Assembly: GCF_004010195.1 (NCBI RefSeq)
Contig: NC_057720.1
Location: forward strand, 15,723,886-15,781,765
Origin: Chiloscyllium plagiosum
Taxonomy: Eukaryota
DNA length: 57,880 nucleotides
Direction: 5' to 3'
Shown here: piece after piece, positions 12,983-24,529 of the stretch
Layout of the letters: each line of letters starts with the position of its first letter
Position numbering within the stretch: position 1 is the first letter of the stretch
The notes under the pieces: model-generated
Told to the model about the DNA's origin: nothing
The model's database searches: none
The model's input: only the letters and a program-made list of their open reading frames with translations
Program-made: the position numbers and the translations under genes

Positions 12983-14340
12983 TTGTACAATTTCTCCTGT
13001 CATCCACGGTTCATGAATCTTGCCTTTCCTATCCTTTGCCTTCAACAAGACATGCCTATCCTGCACTACCGTTAACCTATCTGTGAAAGCCTCCCACTTC
13101 TCAAATTAACTTCCCTTCAAATAGCTGTGTCCAATCCACATTTCCCTGCTCCTGCGTAATTTTGATATAATTGGTCTTGGCCCAGTTTAGTACTCTTCCC
13201 CGAGGACCACTCTCTTCTTTATCTACGAGTATTCTAAAATTTACAGAATTGTGGTCACTGTTCCCAAAGAAATCCCCCACCGCAACTTCTACCACTTGTC
13301 CTGGCTCGTTCCCCAGTACCAGGTCCAATATGGCCCCTTCCCTCGTCAGACTATTGACATACTGCCCTTGAAAACTCTCCTGGGCGCTTCGTACAAATTC
13401 TACTCCATCCAGACCTCTGATGCTAAGTGTATCCCAGTCATTGTTGGGAACATTAAAATCTCCCATCACCACTACCCTGTTGCCTCTACATCTATTCATA
13501 ATCTGTTTACCTATTTGTTCTTCTACCTCACGCTCACTGTTGGGAGGTCTGTAATACAGCCCCAACAATGTAACTGCACCCTTCTTATTTCTCAGCTCTA
13601 CCCATAATGCCTCACTACTCAAGACCGCCATAGTGTCCTCCTTTAGCATAGCCGTGATATCATCGCTGACCAACAATGCAACTCCACCCCCTCTTTCCCA
13701 TCTTTTTGGGGAAAGTCTTCTTGTCAGATGCAAATGGGGCTCTCTTTGGGATGAACTTCCAGGTGTCAGAGGGGAGCAGAAAGGGTGGAGATGACAAGCA
13801 GGTCACTTCTGGAGTGTTGATCTCGAACAGGGATGTGCATGGTTCCTCTTCTAGCTTGGCACTGCTGGCACTGCCCTGTCTCCCTGTGAGTATGGAGCAG
13901 CTGGAGTGCTCGCTATGTTCCCTGTCACCCTGTCAACATACCATTGGTCCTGAAGGCATGGTGATGATCCTGTGTATGTGTGTCCGTCTATCACAGCCTC
14001 TGACCTATCTATGGAGGTTGGATCTGTCCATGTTTATTAACTTTCTCAGCGCTATAGTGTCTGAGGAAGTGAAATTATATTTTTAATGTACATAGCCTGG
14101 CATGTATTTATTGTTAATTGAATTCAATACTGTTCAATAGTATTTCTGTGCATTCGCTCTCTTTTACCTGTTTTCTTCAGATTTCAATTGATCTAGCATC
14201 ATCTTCCATTTGCAGAAGAAACTTTGAAACCTCGACCAAAGTGTTTCCTAGTTTCACTCCTGAATGGTCTGTCACCAGTTTTTCGGCTATGTCCCCTTTG
14301 TTCCCGATTGACAGCAAGTTGAAATATTTTCCTCTCTATG

Positions 14341-14452
14341 CAGGCCCGGAACATCAACTCTCCTGCTCCTTGGATGCTGCCTGACCTGCTGTGCTTTTCC
14401 AGCACTACACTCTCAACTCTGATCTCCAGCATCTGCAGTCCACACTTTGCCC
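14341..14452 (+). mobile_element. Penelope-like pLTR fragment (family A)
   Basis: gatgctgcctgacctgctgtgcttttccagc...ctccagcatctgcag. Near-perfect TSD ttcct(c/t)tctatg. Confidence 0.75.
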
Positions 14453-15185
14453 TTCCTTTCTATGTAGCCTATAAGTTTCCCTAATATTTTGAAATCTTCC
14501 ATCAAGTTATTTCTATTACCTTCTAATTTCTAACGTCTAGCTATATTTTTAGTAAATCTACACAGCACTTAGTCCAAGGCCAATATAATCTGTCAAAGAC
14601 TTGTGCTGAGAACTGAACACTGTGTCCCAATACTGAAGCATAATTGTTCAACCCCTGTACTTGACTGCTTTGGAAATTAAGATCAGCTTTCCATTAGCTG
14701 TTTCGATTATATTTTTCTTTCTAAGAAGGAAGACAGAAAGCAGGAAACAACTGTGAAGTACAGGGAATAGAAAAACATTAGAAACTACTATTAAAGAAAT
14801 TATGTCAGAGCACTTGTACAAGTTCAAAGTAATCAGTCAGAGTCAACATGGCTTTGTGAAAAAAAAATCATATTCAACTACTCTATTGAGGAGGTAACAA
14901 GTATTATAGATAAAGGAGAACCAGTTAATGTACTATACTTAGGTTTAATAAGGTGGCACCTCAAAAGTTGTGGCAAAAAAGAGATCGTGATGCAGATGGT
15001 GGAATATTGGCATGAATAGACAGGAAATGGCTAACAGGAAGTAGAGGTCAGTTGTAAATATTTCTTTTGCAGTTTAGAAAAATGTTACGAGTGGTCATGA
15101 TTTGGAGATGCCGGTGTTGGACTGGGGTGTACAAAGTTAAAAATCACACAACACTAGGTTATAGTCCAACAGGTTTATTTGGAAG

Positions 15186-15220
15186 CACTAGCTTTCAGAG
15201 CACTGCTCCTTCATCAGGTG
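15186..15220 (-). ncRNA. Minimal hammerhead ribozyme motif (family B)
   Basis: CAC-CUGAUGA-A-GGAGC(AGU)GCUCU-GAAAG-CUA-GUG. Confidence 0.7.
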
Positions 15221-15604
15221 GTTGTGGAGTATAAGATGGTAAGACACAGAATTTATAGCAAAAGTTTACAGTGCAATGTAACTGAAATTATATAAAGGAA
15301 AAGATTTGGATTGTTTGTTAAGTCTCTCGTCTTTTAGAGTGAACATGTTGTTTTCAGTTCTTTCATATCTAAATTGCAGAACTATTTTAAAGTTACATTG
15401 TCAAGTGAACTTTAACAATTAGTGTCATGTCGGCCCAGATAATGCATTGAAGGTGTGAGGTGCCCTGTGTGAGACTGTCTGTGTTACAATGGTCAGACTG
15501 ATTCTAAACTAAAAAACAGATTTCCAGCATCTTACTTGGATTCATGCAGTTTTTGTGCAAAATAAAATGTAATTCTGCAAGTACAAATTTACCCCACAAA
15601 CTTA

Positions 15605-15985
15605 TATGTGCTTGTGTGTGCATGTGGGTGTGTGTGGGAGGGAGTTGGGAGGTTATGAGTATCTATGAGAGAGTATGTGTATGTATGTGAATGTGAGTGT
15701 AAAGGGGTATAAGTCTGTGAGAGGCTGTGAGTGTGCGTGAGAGTGTGGGGGTGTATGCGTGAGCATATGAAAGAGAGCTTGTGTATGAGAGAGAGTCTGC
15801 GTGAGTGTATGGGTCTGTAGGTGTATGTGGTCTATAGGAGTGTGTGTGTGTAGGAGTGTCTGTGTATGTGTGTGCGCGCCTGTCTGTCCGTCTGTGAGTG
15901 TGTGTGTGTGTCTATCTGTCTATCTCTCTGTGCGTCTGTGTGTGTGCCCGTGTGTGTGTATAGGAGTGTCTGTGTGTGTGTATAG
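15605..15985. repeat. (TG)-rich degenerate microsatellite inside the Penelope element
   Basis: Seen directly. Confidence 0.9.
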
Positions 15986-18900
15986 TGCAATGGGGTCACC
16001 TATAGTGTGGCATGAACCCAAGGTTACTGAACTTAGCTATCAGCTTCTGCTCAGCCACTTTGTGTTGTTGCCTGTCCCAATGTCCATCTTGGAGGATGGT
16101 CACCCTACGTTCTGAGGTTGAATGTCCTGGACCGCTGAAGTGATCTCCGACTGGGAGGGAACACTCCTGTCTGTTGATTGTTGTGTGGAGTCCATTCATC
16201 CATTGCCATAGCTTCTGCTTGGTCTTGCCAACGTACCATGCCTCAGGGCATCCTTGCCTGCAGCGTATGAGATAGACAACGTTGGCTGAGTTGGTCTCAC
16301 GAATGTACCATGCCATGAGTGGTACCCACAGGGACTGGTGCTAAGAGCTCAATTGTTTATACTTTATATTCAGTATTTTCAGCTATTACAAGGGGGCATA
16401 GCTTTAAATTAAGGGGGGGGGGTAGGTATAGGACAGATGTTAGGAGTAGGTTCTTTACTCAGCGAGTCGTGAGTTTATGGAATGCCCTACCAGTAGCAGT
16501 GGTGGACTCTCCCTCATTATGGGCATTTAAGCGGGCATTGGATAGGCATATGGAGGATAGTGGGCTAGTGTAGGTTAGGTGGGCTTGGATCGGCGCAACA
16601 TCGAGAGCCGAAGGGCCTGTACTGCGCTGTATTCTTCTATGTTCTATGTTCTATGATTGACTGGGATGGAGAGGTAGAGGTTATGGTCCCAATTTGGGGA
16701 TGATATAGAGATGGGTAGCAAAGTAAGTTGTGAAGAGCATGTAGAAGGCTACAAAAAAGCTGTAGATAGGTTAAGAGTGGACAAAGATGGAATATAACAT
16801 GGGGAAATATGAAATTGACCATTTTGGCAGGAAGAATAAAAAGGAAGCATATTATTTAAATGGTGAAAGATTACGGAGCTCTGAGATGCAGTGAGCTCTG
16901 AGTCTCCTCATGTATCAATTACAAGAGGTGGGTATGCAGGTATAGCAAGTAATTAGGAAAGCGAATAGAATGGTACCATTCATTGAAAGGGAAATTGTAT
17001 ACTGAAGTAGGGAAGCTCTGTTTCAGTTACACACTGGATATAATGTACATGGCACAGTATTTGTCAACTTGTGTAAGAAAGGATGCAAATGCATTATACG
17101 CAGTTCAGAAAAGGCTTATCAGAGGAATGCTTGAAATGAGAGGAGGTTGTCTTATGAGGAAAGGTTGAACAGATTAACCTTGTGTCGACTTGAGTTTTGA
17201 AGAGTGAGAGGTGACTTGGTATAAGATCTTGAGGGATGTTGAAACTGAGGATGTGGGGTAGATGTTTCCATTATGGGAGAATCTGAAACTAGATGTCACT
17301 GTTTAGAAATGAGGGGTTACCCATTTAAAACAGAGATGAAGTGAACTTCTTTTCTCTCATAAGGTCATGAGCCTTTGGAACTCTGATGCTCTTTGAATAT
17401 GTTAAAGGCAGAAAGAGAGAGATTCTTATTCATCAAGAGGTTGAAAGGTTATCAGAAATTGGTGGGAGTGCAGATTTGAGGGTACAATGAGATCAGCCAT
17501 GACCATACTGAATGGTAGAGCAGATTTAAGGGATTGAATGACCTATTCCTACTCCTCATTCTTATGTATGGATGTATCTATCTGTAACATTTTAATGATC
17601 TATGTCTGTGGCTGCTGAGTGTCTTTGGGTCTTTGGGTACATTTTCAGAAGTTTCACTATTCAGAACATAATTTATTTTATCCAAAATGGATGATCATTT
17701 GTCTATATTGAAATCAATTTGCCACAGTTTACTGTTCACTAATTTTGTACTCATATGTTGCATTGCTTAAAATGCTGAATATCATTGTGTCTTCAGCAAA
17801 CGCGAAGTCTTGACTTTCTATAACCTTTATTAAATTCAGAAGAATTCCAGATGAGAAGAAGGAATTGTGAATCTTTGGAATTTTCTACCATGGAGGGTGA
17901 TGGTTGGTGCATTGTTGATTACATTTAAGGCTGGGTTTGATGGAGTTTTGGTCTGACAGAGTATCAAGGGGATGGGGAGTGGGTGGGAAAGTAGCTTTGA
18001 AGCCCAAGACCAGCTGCAATCATTTTGAAAGGTGGAGTAGGTTTGATGGGCCAAAATATCTACTCTGTTCCTCTTTCTTCTGTTTTTGAGGGTTCAGTGA
18101 ATAGCTAAAGTTGCAACAGGGATCCTTATTGAACACTACCCATCACATCCTGGCAATTTTTGGCTTCTCATTACCTTAAGATTCCCTACTCTCTGTCTCC
18201 GGCAGCTTGGCTATTCTCCAAATAAGTCAATAATTTGCAGTTGTATTGTTCGGAGGTGCAGCAGTTAACTTGCACAAAGCAAGTTCCCACCAACAGCAAT
18301 GTGGTAATGGTCAGGTAAACTATCGTAGTGATGTTGATTGAATAGTGCTTTCTTTAAGCCCTGCAGTTGGCTAAATAAATAGCACAGCTTCATCAAAGAA
18401 ATGTGAAAAAAAAGCACTGAAATCCCAATATAAGGGAACATAAAAAACCCAATTAGTACCTCTCACTCTCAATGCTTCTGCACCTCTCTGTCAATCTCTG
18501 TATTTACTCATGTTTACTGACATGCAGAAGTGTTTTGCTGTCAAACGTCCTCATAAGAACATTCTTTATGCAGAGAGCAGTGAGAATGTGGAAATTGGAC
18601 ACGTTGAGTGTTTAAGGCAAGCAACAGATCTATTTGGGAAAAAACTAGTGAAATACGTGAGGGAGAAATGAATAGAAAGGTAAATTAATTAGATGGTTTA
18701 AAATGGGAGCGTAGACACTGGCATAGACCAGTTTGGCTGAATGCCTCGTTTCTGTGCTGTAAATTCTAAGCAATTCTAAAATTCACACTTTGAGTTGTGT
18801 TGAAGTCGTCCGGAAAAACAAACTCATAATTACTATTACAGTCTAAGAAAACACACACATCCAGTTCATCCATGCTGACAGATTTTCTGGATTCGACATT

Positions 18901-18989
18901 CGCATGACAGTGTTTTGGGAATTGTAGCAGCAATTGAGCTGCTTGCCCCTCTTGAGGTGACTGAGATGACTGCAAGAAAGATACTAGAA

Positions 18990-19300
18990 TGTGTACAAAG
19001 CTCTGGATAAGGTGGTGGGGGGTTGGTGGGGAGGAATGTACCCAATGCCTCCCTCATCCTGATGGCCAACTTTGTGTGCGGTTGCATCAAGCTGTGCATA
19101 AATCCTCGGTACACAAACACTGAATGTCACTCTGTGTTGAGGTTCTGCCCACTCCCAGGGTTGCAAAGGATGGGAAAGGCCTTGATGCCTTGGAACACTC
19201 CAAGTAGTCAGACCGTTCCATATCACCTGTCCTTCATGGAGAAATTTGCAAAGCGAAACACCTTTAACCACAAGTCCATCAAGAAGTGGTCAGCATGTCC
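18990..19300 (+). mobile_element. L1/Tx1-like LINE ORF2 post-RT fragment
   Basis: NVPNASLILMANFVCGCIKLCINPRYTNTECHSVLRF...VPYHLSFMEKFAK, which I recognise as Tx1-like post-RT sequence. Confidence 0.55.
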
Positions 19301-19934
19301 TTGATTTGTGAGCTGACCAAATTCAGGGTATTGAATTGGGCTATAGAAGCTGCAGGGTTATCAAGACAAACTCAGCTGCCATTCCAATGCAACAAGAAAA
19401 AATGTGTGGAACACGAATGCTTGAGCTGCCGCTAAAAACAGCAGAAGAGAGAATAAAAGTATATTTGCATATCATTGCTGAGTCTCCACATGGAGTTGTC
19501 TGTCTTGCTATTATAAGTTCATTATACAATGGTAGTGTTTGCAAAAGCCAGGGAACAGACTACCAAACTCCCGGACACGAATCAGAAGGCCACAGTAATC
19601 CTTGTTGAATTTAGGCCATCAAATAAAGACGAGAGGTAGGATTTTCTTTCCACCATTGCAAAACAAGATTAACAAGTGGTAAAAATAAAACTAGTCATTC
19701 ACAATTCAAGTCAGTTTGAAGAGGACCAGATGAATTTTGCCAAGTTACAGGAAATAGTGGAGATACAGTTTTGTGCAAAAGTGAAGCTTAGAATTCATCA
19801 GCTAGAAGTGACATCTTACAAGACAGCCACAAGAAACAATTCATTGGCAAGGACACAGACTCCCCTTAAGCAGATGCTGAGTTGTCTACATTGATACCCT
19901 CAAGAACAATAGGAATTGAACATAAACGTAAGGT

Positions 19935-20072
19935 AAAAAATGGACAGAGTTATGGACGCTGGAAATCAGAAACAAAAACAGAAGTTACTGGAAAGGCTCA
20001 GCAGGTCTGGCAGCACCTGCGGAGAGAAATCAGAGTTAACGTTTCGGGTCCGATGACCGTTCTTCAGAACAG
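19935..20072 (-). mobile_element. Penelope-like pLTR fragment (family C)
   Basis: gctggaaatcagaaac...ctcagcaggtctggcagcacctgcggagagaaatcagagttaacgtttcgggtc. Confidence 0.7.
20035..20070 (-). ncRNA. Minimal hammerhead ribozyme motif (family C)
   Basis: GUU-CUGAAGA-A-CGGUC(AUCG)GACCC-GAAAC-GUU-AAC, with one mismatch at the base of helix II. Confidence 0.6.
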
Positions 20073-20074
20073 TT

Positions 20075-21490
20075 ATAAATGTAAGGGTGTCACGCTGCAA
20101 TTAAACAGAGCATTGGTGAGACCACATCTCAAGTACAACGTTGCAGTTTTGCCTGCTTAATTAAGGAAGGAGGTAAATGCATTGCAGACAGTTTGCAAGA
20201 GGTTTACTCGATTGATTCCTGGAATGAGTAGGTTGTCTCATGTGGATAGATTAGACAGCTCGCTCTGTTTCCACTGAAGTTTAAAAGAATAAGGAGTGAC
20301 TTGACTAAAGTTTGTAGGATCCAGAATGGTCTTGCCATGTTAGAAGTGGAATGGATGTTTCCTATTTTGGGTCAGTTCAGAACTAGAGAGTTCCATGTTA
20401 AAATTAGGGGCTGCCTTTTCAGGATAGAGCTGACGAGTTAATTTTCTTCCTGACAGTTTTGTGACTGTTGAACTCTTCTCCTCAGAAAGCAGCGAAAAGG
20501 CTCATTGAATATTTTTAAGGCAATGGTGGCTAGATCCTTGTTAGCCAGGGGAATTGAGAGGTATCAGGAGTAGATATCGAATGTGGCATCAAGGAACACT
20601 AGCAAAACTGGAGTCAATTAGAATTGGGGGAAACCTCTCCACTAATTGGAGCCTTACCATGTATAAAGTGAGATGGTTGTGGTTGTTAGATGTGAGTCGC
20701 CAAGATATTTCTGCAGAGTTTCTCAGGGTAGTGAGCTCAACCCACCCCCCTTCAGCTGCTTCTTCAGCGACCCTCCCTCCATTTTAAGGTCTGAAGTGGG
20801 CATATTTGCTGATGATTGCACAACATTCAGCACCATTCATGACTCCTCAGATACTGACGCAGTCCGTGTCCAAATGCAACAAGACTTGGGACAATTTCTG
20901 GTTTTAGGCTGACAAGTGTCAAGTAATGTTTGCACCCTACAAATGCCGAGCAATGACCATCTCCAACAAGAGAGAATCTAATTGGCACACTCTGACATTC
21001 ATTGGCATTATCATCACTGAATTCCTCACTATCAACATCCTGGGACTCATCATAGACCAGAAACGGAACTGAGGCTCCTTAGACAGCACCTTTCAAACCC
21101 ATGCCCAATAGCATCTACAAGAACAAGGGAAGTAGATACATGGGAACACCATACACCTGTAAGTTCCTCTCCAAGCCATTCACCATCCTGACTTGGAAAT
21201 ATATCGTCATTCCTTCACGATTGCTGCTGGGTCAAAATCCTAGAATTCCCTCCCTAATGACACGTGGACGTACCTACATCGATTAGACTGCAGCAATTCA
21301 GGAAGATAGCTCACCACCACTTTCTCAATGCCAAATCAGCGAAGGCACTTACATCCCATTAGTAATTTTTAACCAGAACATGGGAATGTGGAATTTGAAG
21401 CTCAAATATATCAGCCATGATCTTATTCAATGGCAGAAAATGCTCAAAAGGCTGACTGGTTTGCTTCTGCTCCTATTTCATATGTTTAAG
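20075..21490 (+). mobile_element. Nested degenerate CR1-clade LINE fragments
   Basis: LVRPHLKY and VSQGS...SEVGIFADDCT RT motifs. Confidence 0.65.
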
Positions 21491-22289
21491 ACAACACACT
21501 GCTGAGAGATAGCAGCAGATATGATTCAGTTGTAGCTGGACAACAACACCTGCAAGCATTAGGTGCCATTATCAGTCATGATGCAGTGTCCAAGAGCAAG
21601 CAGGCAATGTGGGAAGTCCTGCAGACACAGCAAAGTTATCCTTTATTCCAGGGTCTTTGAGAAAGGTGCAAGATATCTGCACCGACAGTCTACTGTCAAA
21701 CACGAAGCAAGCACAGCAATGTTGGCAGCAACAGTGAGAGATCTGCAGGAACGCGAATGCTTACGTGAATAAGGTAGACCAGGGTCAAGCTTCAGAGTGC
21801 AGGAACCTTCAGTCAGAGGTTAAACAGGCTTCCCACCCTGGGAAAATGACACAATGAGGCCAAACAGTTTAAAGCTTTTGCCGGTATTAACATCGAATGC
21901 CTGTAGAAAATTAACAAAGCACGGTCAAGGTGAAAGGTGACCGAAAGTGTTTACCAAAAACGCTTCAATTAAACTACACAAATACCATTTCATGTCAAGA
22001 AAAGTGTAGCTCGAACAGATAGTGATGGGAATGCTGTTACATGTCAAGGGGAGATGGTTTGATTTTCACTTCTTAAAGGTAGTCATTGCCTGACACTCCA
22101 CACCATATAGAAGAGGTCTTTCGGCCCACTGAGTCTGTACCACCAAAATTACACTAAATCTACACTAGTCCCAATTTCCCACACCAGGCCTAAAGCCTTG
22201 AATGCATGACATTTCAAGTACTCAGGTAAAAACAATGACTGCAGATGCTGGAGACCAGATTCTGGAGTAGAGTGAAAAGCACAGCAATT

Positions 22290-22480
22290 CATAGAACATA
22301 GAACATAGAACATAGAACATAGAACATAGAACATAGAACATAGAACATAGAACATAGAACATAGAACATAGAACATAGAACATAGAACATAGAACATAGA
22401 ACATAGAACATAGAACATAGAACATAGAACATAGAACATAGAACATAGAACATAGAACATAGAACATAGAACATAGAACA
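22290..22480. repeat. (CATAGAA)n heptamer microsatellite, ~27 units; CR1 tail motif
   Basis: Perfect tandem repeat, seen directly. Confidence 0.97.
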
Positions 22481-22960
22481 CTTCCTCTCCGTTCCAGGCA
22501 ACATCCTGGTAAATCTTCTCTGCACCCTCTCCAAAGCTTCCACGTCTTTCCTAAAGTGAGGCGACCAGAACTGCACACAGTACTCCAACTGTGGCCTAAC
22601 CAAAGTCCTGTACAGCTGCAACATCACTTCACGACTCTTGGATTCAATCCCTCTGCTAATGAACGATAATACTCCATAGGCCTTCTTACAAACTCTATCC
22701 ACCTGAGTGGCAACCTTCAAAGATCTATGTACATAGACCCCAAGATCCCTCTGTTCCTCCACCTGACTAGGAACCCTACCGTTAACCCTGTATTCCGCAT
22801 TCTTATTTGTTCTTCCAAAATGGACAATCTCACACTTGGCAGGGTTGAACTCCATCTGCCACTCCTCAGCCCAGCTCTGCATCATATCTAAGTCCCTCTG
22901 CAGCCGACAACAGCCCTCCTCACTGTCCACAACTCCACCTATCTTCGTATCATCTGCAAA
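22290..22960 (-). mobile_element. Young CR1 RT fragment inserted into a Penelope pLTR (22225-22289 and 22961-22988), which itself lies inside an older CR1
   Basis: FADDTKIGG...WQMEFN...RPQLEYCVQFWSP. TSD aattca. The outer pLTR has TSD catttcaagt(a/g)ctca. Confidence 0.85.
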
Positions 22961-24110
22961 AATTCAGGCAGCATCTGAGGAGTAGGACCATTTCAAGTGC
23001 TCATTCAAGTACTTTTGAAAGTTTGTGAGGTTTCCCACCTTAATACCCTCCCTGGCAATGCATTCCAGGCCTCCACTACCTTCTAGGTGAAAAATACTTT
23101 CCTCAAATCCCCTCTACAGTTTCCACCTTAAAAGTGTGCCCCCTTGTTACTGAAGGGGACACAGCCTTCTATCCACCTTGTCCATCTCAAAACTTTCTAC
23201 ACCTCTATTAGGTTTGCCTCAACTGTCTCTTCTTCAAAGAAAACAACCTGAGCTTACCCAGCCTCGCTTCACTGTAAACCCCCCCATCCCAGGCAATCAA
23301 CATTTAAAACACAGCTAGGTGGGTATATGAATAGGAAGGGTTTAGAAGGATATGGGCCAAATACTGACAAAGTGGGCTGGACTAATTTAGGATATCTGGC
23401 CGGCATGGATGAATTGGACCGAAGGGTCTGTTTCCATGCTATATATCTCTATGGCTCTATGATTCTATGGCCATCCTGATTAATCTCCTGCACCCCCTCC
23501 AGCGCGATCACATCCTTCCTACAGTGCGGTGACCAGAACTGCACACACTACTCCAGCTGTGGCCTAACGAAAGTGTACAACTCCAACATAATCTGTTCAT
23601 ATAATCAATGCCTCTACTATGTCTTGTCACTGCTTACAAAGTGCATCACCTTACATTTCTGAGGGCTAAATTCTATCAGCGACTGATCTGCCCATCCAAC
23701 CAATCGTTTACATTCACCTGTAACTTAACACCTTCCCCCCCACTGTTAACCACCCAGGCAATCTTTGTATCATCCACAAACTTACTCATCACATACTCCA
23801 TGCATTTCTTTTCTATTGTTTATATACATACATCGTGAACAATAAGGGACCCAGCAATGATCCTTATAATACGACACTGGATACTGGCCTCCAGTCACAC
23901 CATCTTCCACCACTCTCCATCTTCTGTCACTAAGCCAATTTTGGATCCAACTTGCCGTGTTCCTCTGGATCCCATGTGCTTTTGCCTTCTTTATAAGTCT
24001 TCCATTGGAACCTTCGAGGAGAAAGTGAGGTCTGCAGACGCTGGAGATCAAAGTTGAAACTTTCTTGCTGGAACAGCACAGCAGGTCAGGCAGCATCTAG
24101 GGAACAGAAG

Positions 24111-24146
24111 ATTCGACGTTTCAGGCACATGCCCTTCTTCAGGAAT
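24111..24146 (-). ncRNA. Minimal hammerhead ribozyme motif (family A)
   Basis: AUUC-CUGAAGA-A-GGGC(AUGU)GCCU-GAAAC-GUC-GAAU. Confidence 0.72.
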
Positions 24147-24151
24147 GGCTC

Positions 24152-24187
24152 ATTCCTGAAGAAGGGCATGTGCCCGAAACGTCGAAT
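24152..24187 (+). ncRNA. Minimal hammerhead ribozyme motif (family A), fully paired
   Basis: AUUC-CUGAAGA-A-GGGC(AUGU)GCCC-GAAAC-GUC-GAAU. Confidence 0.78.
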
Positions 24188-24529
24188 CGTCTGTTCCCTA
24201 GATGCTGCCTGACCTGCTGTGCTGTTCCAGCAATAAAGTTTCAACTTCCATTGGAACCTTGTCAAAGGCCTTGCTGAAATCCATATAAAGTACATTGACT
24301 GCACTACCTTCCTCTACACACCTGGTCACTTCTTCAAAGAATTTAACTAAATTTTATCCAAATGACCTCCCTCTGACAAAGCCATGCTGGCTACCCCGAT
24401 CAAACCTTTATGTTCCAAGTGGAGATTCATACTCTCGTTCCAAATTTTCTCTGATTGTCCCCCTGATGTAAGACTCATTGGTTTGCGACTCTCTGGCTTA
24501 TCTCCTCTTGTAAAGTGGAACCACATTGC

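Larger units (their letters stand above)
10489..13700 (-). mobile_element. CR1 LINE ORF2 (AP endonuclease and RT), disrupted; contains a SINE insertion and an assembly gap
   Basis: GGGVALLV...LYYRPP...VVMGDFN...ILDLVL...GNSDHN (APE); DKSLGPDGIYPRLL and RPHLEYCVQFW (RT region); simple-repeat tail at the left end. Confidence 0.92.
15096..16314 (-). mobile_element. 5'-truncated Penelope-like element (family B): GIY-YIG, (CA)-rich 3' region and pLTR
   Basis: SANVVYLIRCRQGCPEAWYVGKTKQKL...PVGDHFSGPGH. TSD gagtggt at 15089-15095 and 16317-16323. Confidence 0.88.
14740..17570 (+). mobile_element. Old CR1 LINE fragment interrupted by a Penelope element and a younger CR1 3' end (16380-16655)
   Basis: SQHGFVK, AVQKRL and RVRGDL remnants. 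The younger piece reads TRGHSFKLRGG...FFTQRVV and has a (ttctatg)n tail. Confidence 0.7.
19560..22030 (+). mobile_element. Heavily decayed Gypsy-like gag/protease remnant, interrupted at ~19930-21490 by PLE and LINE pieces
   Basis: FAKLQEIVEIQFCAKVKLRIHQLEVTSYK resembles a retrotransposon gag. The downstream piece has a CGK zinc-knuckle remnant. Confidence 0.35.
24015..24244. mobile_element. Penelope-like pLTR (family A) near-perfect fold-back insertion with a hammerhead on each strand
   Basis: Arms of ~95 bp centred at ~24149. 16-bp TSD cttccattggaacctt at 23999-24014 and 24245-24260. Confidence 0.9.

Noticed and set aside
12472..13450. ~450-bp direct duplication either side of an N gap
   Set aside because: Overlapping contig ends of a repeat at a scaffold gap; most likely allelic or paralogous reads rather than real structure.
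14118..14330. Plus-strand acceptor followed by an 88-aa ORF
   Set aside because: The opposite strand reads RGHSRK...PFRSETRKHF, an old CR1 3' remnant.
22149..22578. ORFs with (SMFYVLC)n repeats
   Set aside because: They are translations of the (TTCTATG)n microsatellite, not a protein.
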